Shown piece by piece: positions 42,264 to 51,469 of a DNA stretch of 64,000 nt (position 1 is the first letter of the stretch; every line of letters starts with the position of its first letter). The stretch is from Phycisphaerae bacterium (GTDB lineage Bacteria; Planctomycetota; Phycisphaerae; UBA1845). The stretch covers positions 65,820 through 129,819 of the forward strand of contig JABWBH010000001.1 of assembly GCA_013360585.1 (NCBI GenBank), given 5' to 3'. The translations under genes and the position numbers were made by a program. The notes below the pieces were generated by a model, which made no database searches, had not been told where the DNA came from, and was given only the letters and a program-made list of their open reading frames with translations.

Positions 42264-43060
42264 AGAACGGCAGCGTCTACGCCGATCGGGTTCGGAAGGC
42301 GTATCTTCGGCTGGCGAAGACTCATCGGAAGTCGGGGGCGGTATGCGCGACGGATCCTCTGCGTCAGGCTGCGGCGGCGGTGCTGGGGCGGCACGACGGA
42401 CTGGCGGCGGGGATGGCGGCGCTGGATCGAATTTTCAAGCGGGTGGTGGATTGGAACGAGGTTCGGGTCTCCACGGCGGAGGAGCTTTCGACCTGGGTGG
42501 GCGGATTGCTGAAACATCCTCGAGAGTCGTGCGAAGATCTGATCCGGATGCTCAACGGTGTGTTTCGGCGTGAGAACGCAATGAGCCTGGACCGCCTGAT
42601 GCAGGGGAAAGTGAAAGACGCCCGGAAGTACCTCGAGAGCCTTCCGGGGTTCGACGCGTACGTGACGGCGTCGGTTCTGTTGTGGAGCCTGGGCGCGCAC
42701 GCGATTCCGGTGAACGACCGTCTTCTGGAGCGAATGAAGCGCGAGGGATGGGTGTCGCCGGAGGCGGAGCGTGAGGAGGTTCAGGGGTTTCTGGAGCGGC
42801 ATGTGAAGGCGCAGGAGGCGCAGACGTTCGCGCAGGTGATGGAATCGGCCTCGCTCCAGCGTTTTTCCGGTTCTTCGCGATCGGGCGTTGCGCCTGCGGC
42901 GAAGTCTGCGGGCAAGTCGAAGTCCGAAGCGAAGACGAAGGCGGACGGGAAGCCTTCCTCGTCGTCCGCGCGTTCCGCGCCGAGGGTCACACGCGCTTCG
43001 AAACCCAGGCAGGCTCAGGCAAGGTCCAAGTCGTCGGTCCGGAACAAGGCGCGCAAGTGA
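42260..43060 (+). CDS. Endonuclease III-like (degenerate HhH-GPD fold) protein with Lys/Ser-rich basic tail
   Basis: ATGA overlap with rbfA. ...ARKYLESLPGFDAYVTASVLLWSLGAHAIPVNDRLLERMKREGWV resembles the EndoIII HhH segment, but the G-x-G hairpin is degenerate. Confidence 0.45.
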   Translation: MKNGSVYADRVRKAYLRLAKTHRKSGAVCATDPLRQAAAAVLGRHDGLAAGMAALDRIFKRVVDWNEVRVSTAEELSTWVGGLLKHPRESCEDLIRMLNGVFRRENAMSLDRLMQGKVKDARKYLESLPGFDAYVTASVLLWSLGAHAIPVNDRLLERMKREGWVSPEAEREEVQGFLERHVKAQEAQTFAQVMESASLQRFSGSSRSGVAPAAKSAGKSKSEAKTKADGKPSSSSARSAPRVTRASKPRQAQARSKSSVRNKARK

Positions 43061-46000
43061 CACACAAGCAAGATACGGTCGGGCGATCTGATCCTTCGAT
43101 CCGCCGGGCGTTGAGAGAAGCGGGGTCAGTGCATCGCGGCGTGAGGATCATCGTTGCGGCGTGGATCGGGTCGATCTTGTGCGCGGGCGGATGCGCACGA
43201 AGCGGCGGGCTGTCGCGCGGTGAACCGGCGGAGGGCGTCGATCGGCAGAAGGCGTATCTGACGCTGTCGGAAGTTCCCCCTCCTTTTTCGCTCCCGACGT
43301 TATCGCCGCCGCGAGTGTTGTCGTCGCGTGCGACGGAGTCGCTCGTCCGCGCGGACGATCTGTCGAAACAACAGCGTTACACGGAAGCTCTCCTCGAGCT
43401 TGAGCGCGGGCTGCGCTACGATCCGAAGCATCCGGCGTTGCTGGAGCGTCAGGCGATGCTTCACGATCTGGCGGGCAATTCGGAGCGTGCCTGCACGTCG
43501 GCTCGGCAAGCGCTGGAAGGCGACGCGGGACTGGCGTCGATGCACGGCATTTTGGGGCGGGCGGCGTTGAAGCAGGGTCGGTTGGCGGAGGGGGTGGAGC
43601 ACCTTCGGCTGGCGGTGCTGCTTGCGGCGCATCGCGGAGAGCGTCCTGCGGCATCGGATCGACACCTGCTGGCGGGCGCGTTGAATCAGCTCGGGTACCT
43701 GACGGCGGCGTTGGAGCAATATGACGCCTTAACGGAGGATGCGGGTCCGGATGTGGAGGCGTTGCTGCGTGAGGATGACGTGGGGGTCAGCGGGCGCGCG
43801 GCGGAGATTCTTGAGCGCCTCGGGCGTCCGGATGAGGCGTTGAAGCGGCTTGAAACGACCGTGAAGCGCGGGGCGGCGACTTCGGCGGAGCGGGGACGAC
43901 ATGTGCGGTTGCTTCTGAAGGCGGGTCGCAGCGAGGAGGCGCGGCGTCTTGCGTCGGGATTGTCGCTTGCGGATCCGGGCACGCTTCCGCTGCTGGAAGA
44001 GGTTTATGAAAAGCTGGGTCAGCCGGAGGGGGTGGTCGCGGACCTGCGGAACCGGCTTGCGGGTGATCCGACCGATGTTGCGGCGGCGACGGCGCTGGTG
44101 GAGATCTGCGCGCGTCGTGGGCGGATCGAAACCTGTTTTGAGGTGTTGCGGGAGTTTGTGCTGCGTGTGCCTGAGGCAAGAGGCGTGCGTGACCGGTTGA
44201 TCTCGGCGCTGCTGACGGCTCGGCGTTATGAGGAGTCGGTGGAGCTTTGTTCGGCTGCGGCGGAGCGAGATTCGAGCTTGCTGGGGTTGTTGTCGGGCGC
44301 GTTCGAGTCGCTGGACGCCGCGGGCGTCGAGGGGGTGCTGGCGACGCGACCGAAGCTGCGCTCGGGCGAGGCGTCGTATTTTCGTGCGGTGGCGGCGCTG
44401 ACGGGGGGGCGTCCGGCGGCGGCACGGGCGGAACTCGCGGAACACTCGGAATTTGTCGAGGCGCATGCCGCGGCGCGGCGCGTCATCGGGCGTGCGGCGC
44501 TTTCGGAATATCGGTGGACGGAGGCGCGTGAGGCGGCAAAGCGGCGGAATCCGGATGTGGCCGAGGACGGAGGGCTGGAGCGGATCAGCGCCGAGGCCGC
44601 GCTGGGGCTGGATGACCTCGCGGCGGCGGAGCTTCATTTCAAGGCGGCGCTGCAGCTCGACCGACGGGACGAGCAGGCGCTGCTGGGTCTGGCGCGTGTG
44701 TACGCGCGGACGGATCGTCGGCTTCAGTATGAACAGCAGCTTCAGGCCGTCCTGGAGGTCAACGCGCTGAACGTGGAAGCGCGGGAACTTCTGACGCTGG
44801 AGTATCTCCGGACGGGCCGGATTGACGAGGTCGCGAGGCAGCTCAAGGAGTTCGACGCGATCGCTCCGGCGTCGTCGGCGTTGGCGCGATGCGTGGCGGA
44901 AGTTCAGCGGCGGCAACAAGGCGATCTTGAGGGGTTTCGAAAAATCCTCGAGCAGGCGGTCGAGCGGAACGGACCGGACGCGAGGACGCTGGTGCTGCTG
45001 GGGGATGCGTGCGCTGTCGCGGAGGATTATGCGGGGGCGCGGGCGCGATATGAGCAGGTGCTGTCGCTGGACGGCGCCAACGAGGAGGCGTTCCTGAGGC
45101 TGGTCGGGCTGGACGCGCTGGAGCTTGCGTTTGAGCGCTCGCTGGAGCGGATGCAGCCGTGGCTGGAGCGTTATCCGAACCGACATGCGTGGCGGCTGGA
45201 ACGAGTGCAGGCGTTGACGGTAGTGCAGCGGTTCGAGGACGCGCTATCGTCAGCGGAGGCGGAGGAGGCGCGTGCGGACCTGGACCCCCTGACGCGCGGC
45301 GTCTACCGGGAAAGGATACTCGAACTGCTGGGGCTGCTGCACCGGGATGAGGAGCGGCTACGGCGGCTGGAGGGGTGGGCGTCGGGAGAGACGGACGGGG
45401 GTCCGTGGACGCGGCGCCTGATCGAGGAGCATCTGTCTGCCGATCGCGCCAAGGAGGCGTCAGAGCTGGCGCGTCGCGTGTTTGAGGCGACGGGCGACCG
45501 GTTGATAGGGGAGATGTATGTGAACGCGTTGGCGGCGGGCGGAGCGTCGGACGCCGCGCTGCGGATTGTTCTGGACTGGCTGGAGGAAGACCCGGCCAGC
45601 GACACGTATTCGATCGTTCTGGCGGGGAAGCTGAATCTTGTGGGCCGTCCGGAAGACGCGCTGGAGGTGCTTCGGAATCTTCTGGAAGTCACGGCCGAGC
45701 GGGATCTTGTCCGGGAGCGGATCAGCAGCGTCCTGCGCCGGGCGGGGCGGCACGACGAGTATATCCGCTTCGTGGAATCGTGGATCGACGAGGTGACGCA
45801 GGCGGCGCGGGAGGCGGAAGGTCAACCGGGGGCGAGGCTCGAGCGGATCGAGGCGGTGGTGTCGGCGCGATTGCACGAGCTTCAGGTGATGATCGTGCAG
45901 GAGCTGCTGCTGGCGAAGCGGTATTCCGACGCTGTGGCGCGGGTTCAATTGTTGCTGGAGGGGACGCTGGACGCGGGCCGGCAGGGCGAGCTGCTGATGC

Positions 46001-46530
46001 TGGCGTACCAGGTATATCACTTTGCGGGACGCGAGGCGGAGGCGTTGGAGGCGCTGGAGCGGTGTTACGCAATGCAGCCGCTTGACGCCGGAATCAACAA
46101 CGATCTGGGATATCTGCTGGCGGAGCGGGGAGAGCGGCTGGAGCAGGCGCTGAAGATGACGCGGTTCGCGGTGGCGCAGTCGCCGCGAAACCCGGCGTAC
46201 CTCGACAGCTACGGCTGGGCATTATACAAGTCCGGCGACTTCGAGGGCGCATACACGTGGATTCTGCGTTCGACGCGCGCCGAGCGCCGCGATGATGAGG
46301 TGGTCCTGGATCACTTGGGAGACGCGGCGTGGCGGACGGGTCGAAAAGACGAGGCGGTGCAGGCGTGGAACCGGGCGGCGGCGGCGGCAGACCGGGCGCT
46401 GGCGGACGCGCCGGATGATGCGGATGCGCGGAAAGTACGGGAGTCCGCGGCGGCGAAGGCGCAAGCGGCAGGCGCCGGGAGCGAGCCGAAGGTCGCGGAC
46501 GTCGCCGCGCAGGAACGACGACGGGCGTAA
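43057..46530 (+). CDS. Large TPR-repeat protein (1157 aa)
   Basis: GTGA overlap with the preceding gene. Repeated A/L/E/R-rich 34-residue-type helical repeats throughout. Confidence 0.8.
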   Translation: MTHKQDTVGRSDPSIRRALREAGSVHRGVRIIVAAWIGSILCAGGCARSGGLSRGEPAEGVDRQKAYLTLSEVPPPFSLPTLSPPRVLSSRATESLVRADDLSKQQRYTEALLELERGLRYDPKHPALLERQAMLHDLAGNSERACTSARQALEGDAGLASMHGILGRAALKQGRLAEGVEHLRLAVLLAAHRGERPAASDRHLLAGALNQLGYLTAALEQYDALTEDAGPDVEALLREDDVGVSGRAAEILERLGRPDEALKRLETTVKRGAATSAERGRHVRLLLKAGRSEEARRLASGLSLADPGTLPLLEEVYEKLGQPEGVVADLRNRLAGDPTDVAAATALVEICARRGRIETCFEVLREFVLRVPEARGVRDRLISALLTARRYEESVELCSAAAERDSSLLGLLSGAFESLDAAGVEGVLATRPKLRSGEASYFRAVAALTGGRPAAARAELAEHSEFVEAHAAARRVIGRAALSEYRWTEAREAAKRRNPDVAEDGGLERISAEAALGLDDLAAAELHFKAALQLDRRDEQALLGLARVYARTDRRLQYEQQLQAVLEVNALNVEARELLTLEYLRTGRIDEVARQLKEFDAIAPASSALARCVAEVQRRQQGDLEGFRKILEQAVERNGPDARTLVLLGDACAVAEDYAGARARYEQVLSLDGANEEAFLRLVGLDALELAFERSLERMQPWLERYPNRHAWRLERVQALTVVQRFEDALSSAEAEEARADLDPLTRGVYRERILELLGLLHRDEERLRRLEGWASGETDGGPWTRRLIEEHLSADRAKEASELARRVFEATGDRLIGEMYVNALAAGGASDAALRIVLDWLEEDPASDTYSIVLAGKLNLVGRPEDALEVLRNLLEVTAERDLVRERISSVLRRAGRHDEYIRFVESWIDEVTQAAREAEGQPGARLERIEAVVSARLHELQVMIVQELLLAKRYSDAVARVQLLLEGTLDAGRQGELLMLAYQVYHFAGREAEALEALERCYAMQPLDAGINNDLGYLLAERGERLEQALKMTRFAVAQSPRNPAYLDSYGWALYKSGDFEGAYTWILRSTRAERRDDEVVLDHLGDAAWRTGRKDEAVQAWNRAAAAADRALADAPDDADARKVRESAAAKAQAAGAGSEPKVADVAAQERRRA

Positions 46531-46581
46531 GCCGGCGAGCGCCTTCGGAGGGGAAGACGGCGAAGCTCGGGGAGTTGCAAC

Positions 46582-47331
46582 GTGGCGGGACATTCACGCT
46601 GGGCGAACATCAAACACAAGAAAGCGGCGTCGGACGCGAAGCGCGGACGGTTGTGGAGCAAGGCGTGCCGTGACGTCATGATGGCCGCAAGAAGCGGGGG
46701 GAACCCGGACGAGAACGCGCGCCTGCGGCTGGCGATCGACAAGGCGAAAGCGGTCAACGTTCCGAAGGATACGATCGACCGCGCGATCAAGAAGGGGACC
46801 GGGGAGTTGGAAGGTGAGTCGTACGAGGAAGTGACGTACGAGGGATACGGCCCCGGGGGCGTGGCGATCCTGTGCCGGGCGCTGACGGACAACCGCACCC
46901 GCACCGCACCGGAGGTCAAGAAGATCTTTGAGCGCGGCGGAGGGAACCTGGGCACGCCGAATTGCGTCGCCTGGATGTTCTCGCTGAAAGGGATCATCAG
47001 CATCGAGGCCGGGAAAGTCGGTGAGGAGCGGTTGATGGAGGTCGCCCTCGAAGCGGGAGCCGACGACGTGGTGGAGGCGGACGGTGGATTCGAAGTGACG
47101 ACGTCGCCGGCAGCGTACGAAAGTGTGAAGTCGGCGATCGAGACGGCCGGGATTCCGGTGGCGTCGTCGGATCTGAGCATGACTGCGGCGACGCCCGTCC
47201 GGCTGGATCTGGAAACCGCCCGGAAGGCGGTCAAGCTGCTCGAGGATCTTGAGGAGCACGACGACATTCAGAGCGTGGCGTCGAATCTTGATATTCCCGA
47301 AGAAATGATGCGCGAGATTGCATCGGCGTAG
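46582..47331 (+). CDS. yebC: YebC/PmpR-family DNA-binding transcriptional regulator
   Basis: GTG start. MAGHSRWANIKHKKAASDAKRG N-terminus is diagnostic. Confidence 0.93.
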   Translation: MAGHSRWANIKHKKAASDAKRGRLWSKACRDVMMAARSGGNPDENARLRLAIDKAKAVNVPKDTIDRAIKKGTGELEGESYEEVTYEGYGPGGVAILCRALTDNRTRTAPEVKKIFERGGGNLGTPNCVAWMFSLKGIISIEAGKVGEERLMEVALEAGADDVVEADGGFEVTTSPAAYESVKSAIETAGIPVASSDLSMTAATPVRLDLETARKAVKLLEDLEEHDDIQSVASNLDIPEEMMREIASA

Positions 47332-47358
47332 GCGTTTTCGCGCAAGTGAAACGGTGCA

Positions 47359-50300
47359 TCAGGAGCCGCCGGTTCCCAGCGGTTCGATGATCGTCCCCAC
47401 CTGATTGACCAGATCCCAGGATAGTCGGCGGGCGGTGAGTCTTTGCGGGATCGATCCCGGGCGGCGAAAGAACAACTCCGCCCCGCGGGGCGCCGCGCCT
47501 TCAAGCAGAAGTTGCTGGGATGGGCGGTTGTACGCGAGATCATCGGCGGTAAGGATCAACTGGGCGTCATTGAGGCGGACGGCGCCTTTCGCGCGGAATT
47601 GCCGGATGCGCCGCGCGTCCATCCCGGCCGGAGCACCCGGACGGACAGGCTCTTCCGCCGCTCCGCGGGCGAAGTCGACGATCATCAGGTCGCAATCCAG
47701 CGTCGTCTCGCGCCCTTCGTCCTCTGCGGCGTCGTTGTCAGGGCGCAGACCGAGTTCCTCCGCAAGCACCATGTAACGCCCGGTCAGGTACTGAAGCTGG
47801 ACGGAGTCGGTGAACGTTGCCCTGTTCTGATCCAGATCGTAGATGAGATTGTTTCGCCAGGTGATGAGCGTCTGCGAGCGATCGTCAGAGGCATCGACGG
47901 CGAGGAAGCGGTCGCCCGCGGCGGGGGGCGTTGCGGAAGCGGTTTCATAATCCTCAAGGGACAGTGTTCCCTCGCCTTCGATCAACAATTGACGCGGGCG
48001 GCCTTCCCGCAGGTCAAGCGTAAGAGCCGGTCCGGCGAGCCGTGAACGACTCAGGAGCGTCGTTCCGCTGTCGTCGTAGTTGGCCAGGATCGCGGCAACG
48101 CGCCCGGTTGCGGTAAGAAAGACCGGCTGCTTGCGCCGGTTGCGGTCGGTCAGGCGGTCTGGGCTCCGGGCGACGGGTCGCTCGACAAGGTCGGAGAGAA
48201 TCCACCAGTTGCGTGGCGGTGCGACGGCGCCTTCCGGCGGCGGCGCGTCGCGGAAGTCGATCGAGAGCTCTTGCGCATCAAACACATGTCTCCCGCTTTC
48301 CGCGTGAACGCCGCCGCTGAACTCGGCGCGATTACGTTCGCCGACAAAGCGCATCGACGTCTTCCAGGCGACGGTCATCGGCGCCGGCTCAGACAGATCG
48401 CGGCCGTCGAGGTCGCGGAGCGACAGAAACGTCAAACGTCCCGGCGCGTCCACGCGGGCGCTTTCCTGGATCACGTCGACGAAGATCGAAGGCCCCTCGA
48501 TCGTGAGATCCTCGATCGTGACCCGGGCCCAGGCCTCCGCGCGGCCGTCGACGGTCGCGGTGACGAGCTGGGAATCCGCGTCGAGGACGCACGTGAGCGA
48601 CTCCGCCTGAAGATCGAGGCCGCGGCGATCGTCCTTCGCCACGACGCCGCGGCGGGCGGAGAGGCTTTGAAGGTATACGTGCGTTTCAGTGCGGTTTCGC
48701 ACGGCGCCGGCACGGCGGAGCGCTTCCCAGTCCAGCGTGGACGGGTCCACCCCCGCTCGGCGGGCTTCGAGGCAGGCGTCGAGCGGATTGAACCCGCTGA
48801 CGATCCGGGTTTCCTTCGCGAACGTGAACGTGACGTGATCCTCGGCGACGAGCGTGCCCGAGCCGTGCGACGCAACGACGTTGCCGAAGGCGCGGGCTTC
48901 GACCGGCTCGATGCGCCCGGCGGCAGGGTTAAAATCCACCTCGAGGCGCTCGCAGGTGATCGATCTAGCCGCATCCGCGCCGAGGCGCGCGTCCACCGCG
49001 GTATCTGCGCGAAGGCTGCGGACGCGCAGCTCCCGGGCGTCCGGGTCAAAGAGGACCGTCATCGTGTTAGCGGCGACGCGGTTGTCGGCGTCGGTCATGC
49101 GCGTGTTGCCGAAGAAGCGAGCCTCGACCGGAATGACCTTGTCTTCGGTGACGGTCTGAAGCGAGGCGACGTCGTAACGGGTGAAGGTGCGACGCGCCAA
49201 GTCGAGTTCGAGCCGGTCGGAGAATTCAATCGTGCCGGGCGGAACGGCGCCGCTCGCGGAGGATACGTCTTCTACCGGCGAGGCTTCGGCATTGTCCGGC
49301 GGTGGTGGATGCACTTCGACGAGTTTTCCGGGCCCCGTAAAGACCGCTGTGTGACGGTCGCCTTCGGCGCTGGTGGAAAGGGAGACAGCCTCAATGCGGC
49401 CTTGCTCGGCGTTGTCGAGGATGATCGGGGACGACGCGGAGCCTTCCAGCCGAATTTTGCGTGCCTCACGTTCGAAGAAGAGGCGGTCGCAGCGGGCTTC
49501 GCCGGTCGGATCCGCGATGATGACGGGGGCGCCGACCGCCGTGACGTGCAGGCGGTCCGCGGCGTCCGACGGCTGCGAGAGCGGATCGACGGCTTCGACT
49601 TTCAGAGGACCGGTCCAGGTCACGGTCAAAGTGTCGGAGGCGGGGGCCGGGGAGTCGCCGGGTTGAGCGTCTTGCTTCGGCGGCGCCGCCGCGCCGCCCC
49701 GAACGAAGTCGCGCAGGATCGTCAGCAATCCGGATTCGAGGCGGCCGATCTCCGCGCCGTCACGTTCATGCGCGACGCGGACATCCTGCTCGAACCGAAC
49801 CTGATAGGTGGTCGTCCGGGCGGGGGCGGATGCTTCGTTGCGCGACGACGAACCCTGAAGGACCAGGGCTCCTTCCTCGTCGAGCTTCAGCGCGTCAGCA
49901 GCCGGTGCGGGTTCGGGTTGCCGGGCCGGTTGCGGTGCGGCCTGCCCGGGACCGGTTGCGGCCAGCCCCGATCGAAGCGCTTCAAGCCAGGAGGTTCGTT
50001 GGGCGGCGGATCCCGCAGACTGAAGTTCCGCGAGGGAAAAGGCCTCGGTGCTGCCGCGCACGACGAGCTTTCGACCGTGCGCGAGCGACAGGGTCTCGAC
50101 GTTCTCGCCGGCCGCATCGAGGCGAACTTCCAGGTCGGCGCCTTCGAGATCGACGTCCTGCGAGGTCAACGAGAACGGACCGTCGATGCGGACGTGATTG
50201 TATTCAAGGTCGAAGGCGATGCTTTCGAGCTGAAGCGTCACAAGGCGCCACGGGGCGAGCAGATCCCGCTCGGTGGCGGGCAGGGCCTCGCGTTCCTTGT

Positions 50301-50862
50301 CGGTGAGGCGGTCGATCTGGACGGTGACGCTTCCGGTCAGCGTGCCGCGGCGCCACTCCGGGCGTTTTCCGCTGCCGGTGATGATCCAGTTGATTTCGAT
50401 GACGCCTTCGTCGCTGCGGACGTTGACACGCTGCCCGGAGCGGGCGCGGAGGCGGATCAGCGGTTTGATGAGCTTGTACTCCTCACCGCCTTCGCGGACG
50501 GGAAACCAGTCCTGCGCCTCGACCTCAGCGATCGCCTGATCGCCGGTGGGCGGGTAGATCGAGAGGACGGCGCCCGCGCCGCGGCCGATGCGCACGTTGG
50601 GCGCGAGTTCGACCGCGCCGCCGGACGGAGGGGGATCGTCGGGCACTGCAGCGCCGTTGAGCGCCGCGGGCTCGATCGCAGCCGCCTGCACGGAAGGCTG
50701 GCGCGGCGCCCGCGGTTTCTGCGCCGACTGATAAATTGCAAAGACGACCATCAACGTGGTCAGCGTTGCGGTGGCGACGACGAGCGTGCGCAGCAGGCTG
50801 GAAGCGCGCCGCAGATGCGGGGGGTGGGGTGTCCGGAACGCAGGTTGTCGAGCCTGTTTCAT
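47359..50862 (-). CDS. Giant membrane-anchored beta-rich envelope protein, LptC/LptA (OstA)-like by synteny and motif
   Basis: N-terminal TM LLRTLVVATATLTTLMVVFAIY. Recurrent OstA-like strands (AEFSGGVHAESGRHVFDAQELSIDF; FRAKGAVRLNDAQLILTADDLAYN). Start overlaps the kdsC stop (TAATG). The CDS is confident; the function is tentative. Confidence 0.5.
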   Translation of the reverse strand: MKQARQPAFRTPHPPHLRRASSLLRTLVVATATLTTLMVVFAIYQSAQKPRAPRQPSVQAAAIEPAALNGAAVPDDPPPSGGAVELAPNVRIGRGAGAVLSIYPPTGDQAIAEVEAQDWFPVREGGEEYKLIKPLIRLRARSGQRVNVRSDEGVIEINWIITGSGKRPEWRRGTLTGSVTVQIDRLTDKEREALPATERDLLAPWRLVTLQLESIAFDLEYNHVRIDGPFSLTSQDVDLEGADLEVRLDAAGENVETLSLAHGRKLVVRGSTEAFSLAELQSAGSAAQRTSWLEALRSGLAATGPGQAAPQPARQPEPAPAADALKLDEEGALVLQGSSSRNEASAPARTTTYQVRFEQDVRVAHERDGAEIGRLESGLLTILRDFVRGGAAAPPKQDAQPGDSPAPASDTLTVTWTGPLKVEAVDPLSQPSDAADRLHVTAVGAPVIIADPTGEARCDRLFFEREARKIRLEGSASSPIILDNAEQGRIEAVSLSTSAEGDRHTAVFTGPGKLVEVHPPPPDNAEASPVEDVSSASGAVPPGTIEFSDRLELDLARRTFTRYDVASLQTVTEDKVIPVEARFFGNTRMTDADNRVAANTMTVLFDPDARELRVRSLRADTAVDARLGADAARSITCERLEVDFNPAAGRIEPVEARAFGNVVASHGSGTLVAEDHVTFTFAKETRIVSGFNPLDACLEARRAGVDPSTLDWEALRRAGAVRNRTETHVYLQSLSARRGVVAKDDRRGLDLQAESLTCVLDADSQLVTATVDGRAEAWARVTIEDLTIEGPSIFVDVIQESARVDAPGRLTFLSLRDLDGRDLSEPAPMTVAWKTSMRFVGERNRAEFSGGVHAESGRHVFDAQELSIDFRDAPPPEGAVAPPRNWWILSDLVERPVARSPDRLTDRNRRKQPVFLTATGRVAAILANYDDSGTTLLSRSRLAGPALTLDLREGRPRQLLIEGEGTLSLEDYETASATPPAAGDRFLAVDASDDRSQTLITWRNNLIYDLDQNRATFTDSVQLQYLTGRYMVLAEELGLRPDNDAAEDEGRETTLDCDLMIVDFARGAAEEPVRPGAPAGMDARRIRQFRAKGAVRLNDAQLILTADDLAYNRPSQQLLLEGAAPRGAELFFRRPGSIPQRLTARRLSWDLVNQVGTIIEPLGTGGS

Positions 50863-51362
50863 TACGCTTGTCTCGCGCCGACGGATTCCTGAAGCAGAAG
50901 GTCAATCACTTCCGCGACGGCGCCATGTCCGCCGGGCCTGCGTGTCACGTAGTTCGCCGCCCGCTTGACCGGGGGCGCCGCATCAGCGACGGCGACGGCG
51001 AATCCGCATTGTGCCATCGCGGGCAGGTCCGGAAGGTCGTCTCCGATGTAGCACACGTCGAGCGCATCAATTCCGGTTTCGGCGAGGAGTCCTTCCAACA
51101 CGGCACCTTTCTCATCCGCCGGGACGCCCTGCCGGACCCGGGCGATCCCCAGTTCGGCGGCGCGAGCTGCGACCGCATCACTTCTCCGCCCGGAGAGGAT
51201 CGCCACGGTTCCGCCGGACGCCCGCCACCGCTGGATCGCCGCTCCGTCATGAACGTGAAACGTCTTGCACGGCTCCTTGCCCTCCCGATCCAGCGTCAAG
51301 CGCCCGTCGGTGAGCACACCGTCCACATCGAGAATCAGAAAGCGGATCGCTGCCCGTGTCAT
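50862..51362 (-). CDS. kdsC: 3-deoxy-D-manno-octulosonate 8-phosphate phosphatase (HAD, KdsC family)
   Basis: LILDVDGVLTDG and YIGDDLPDL motifs; 166 aa. Confidence 0.88.
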   Translation of the reverse strand: MTRAAIRFLILDVDGVLTDGRLTLDREGKEPCKTFHVHDGAAIQRWRASGGTVAILSGRRSDAVAARAAELGIARVRQGVPADEKGAVLEGLLAETGIDALDVCYIGDDLPDLPAMAQCGFAVAVADAAPPVKRAANYVTRRPGGHGAVAEVIDLLLQESVGARQA

Positions 51363-51469
51363 GAGGGTCCGGCGACTCCGAGGAGTGCGGACAAGGCAGT
51401 ATCCCGTCTTCCGGCGGGCGGGTCAAGGCGGGTAGACGCCTTCCGACGGGGCCGCTACGTTCAGGAACG

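Noticed and set aside
48271-50892. 873-aa plus-strand ORF opposite the giant Lpt-like gene
   Set aside because: The Arg/Gly/Asp-rich translation lacks TM segments or motifs. The minus-strand frame has a TM anchor, repeat structure and translational coupling to kdsC.
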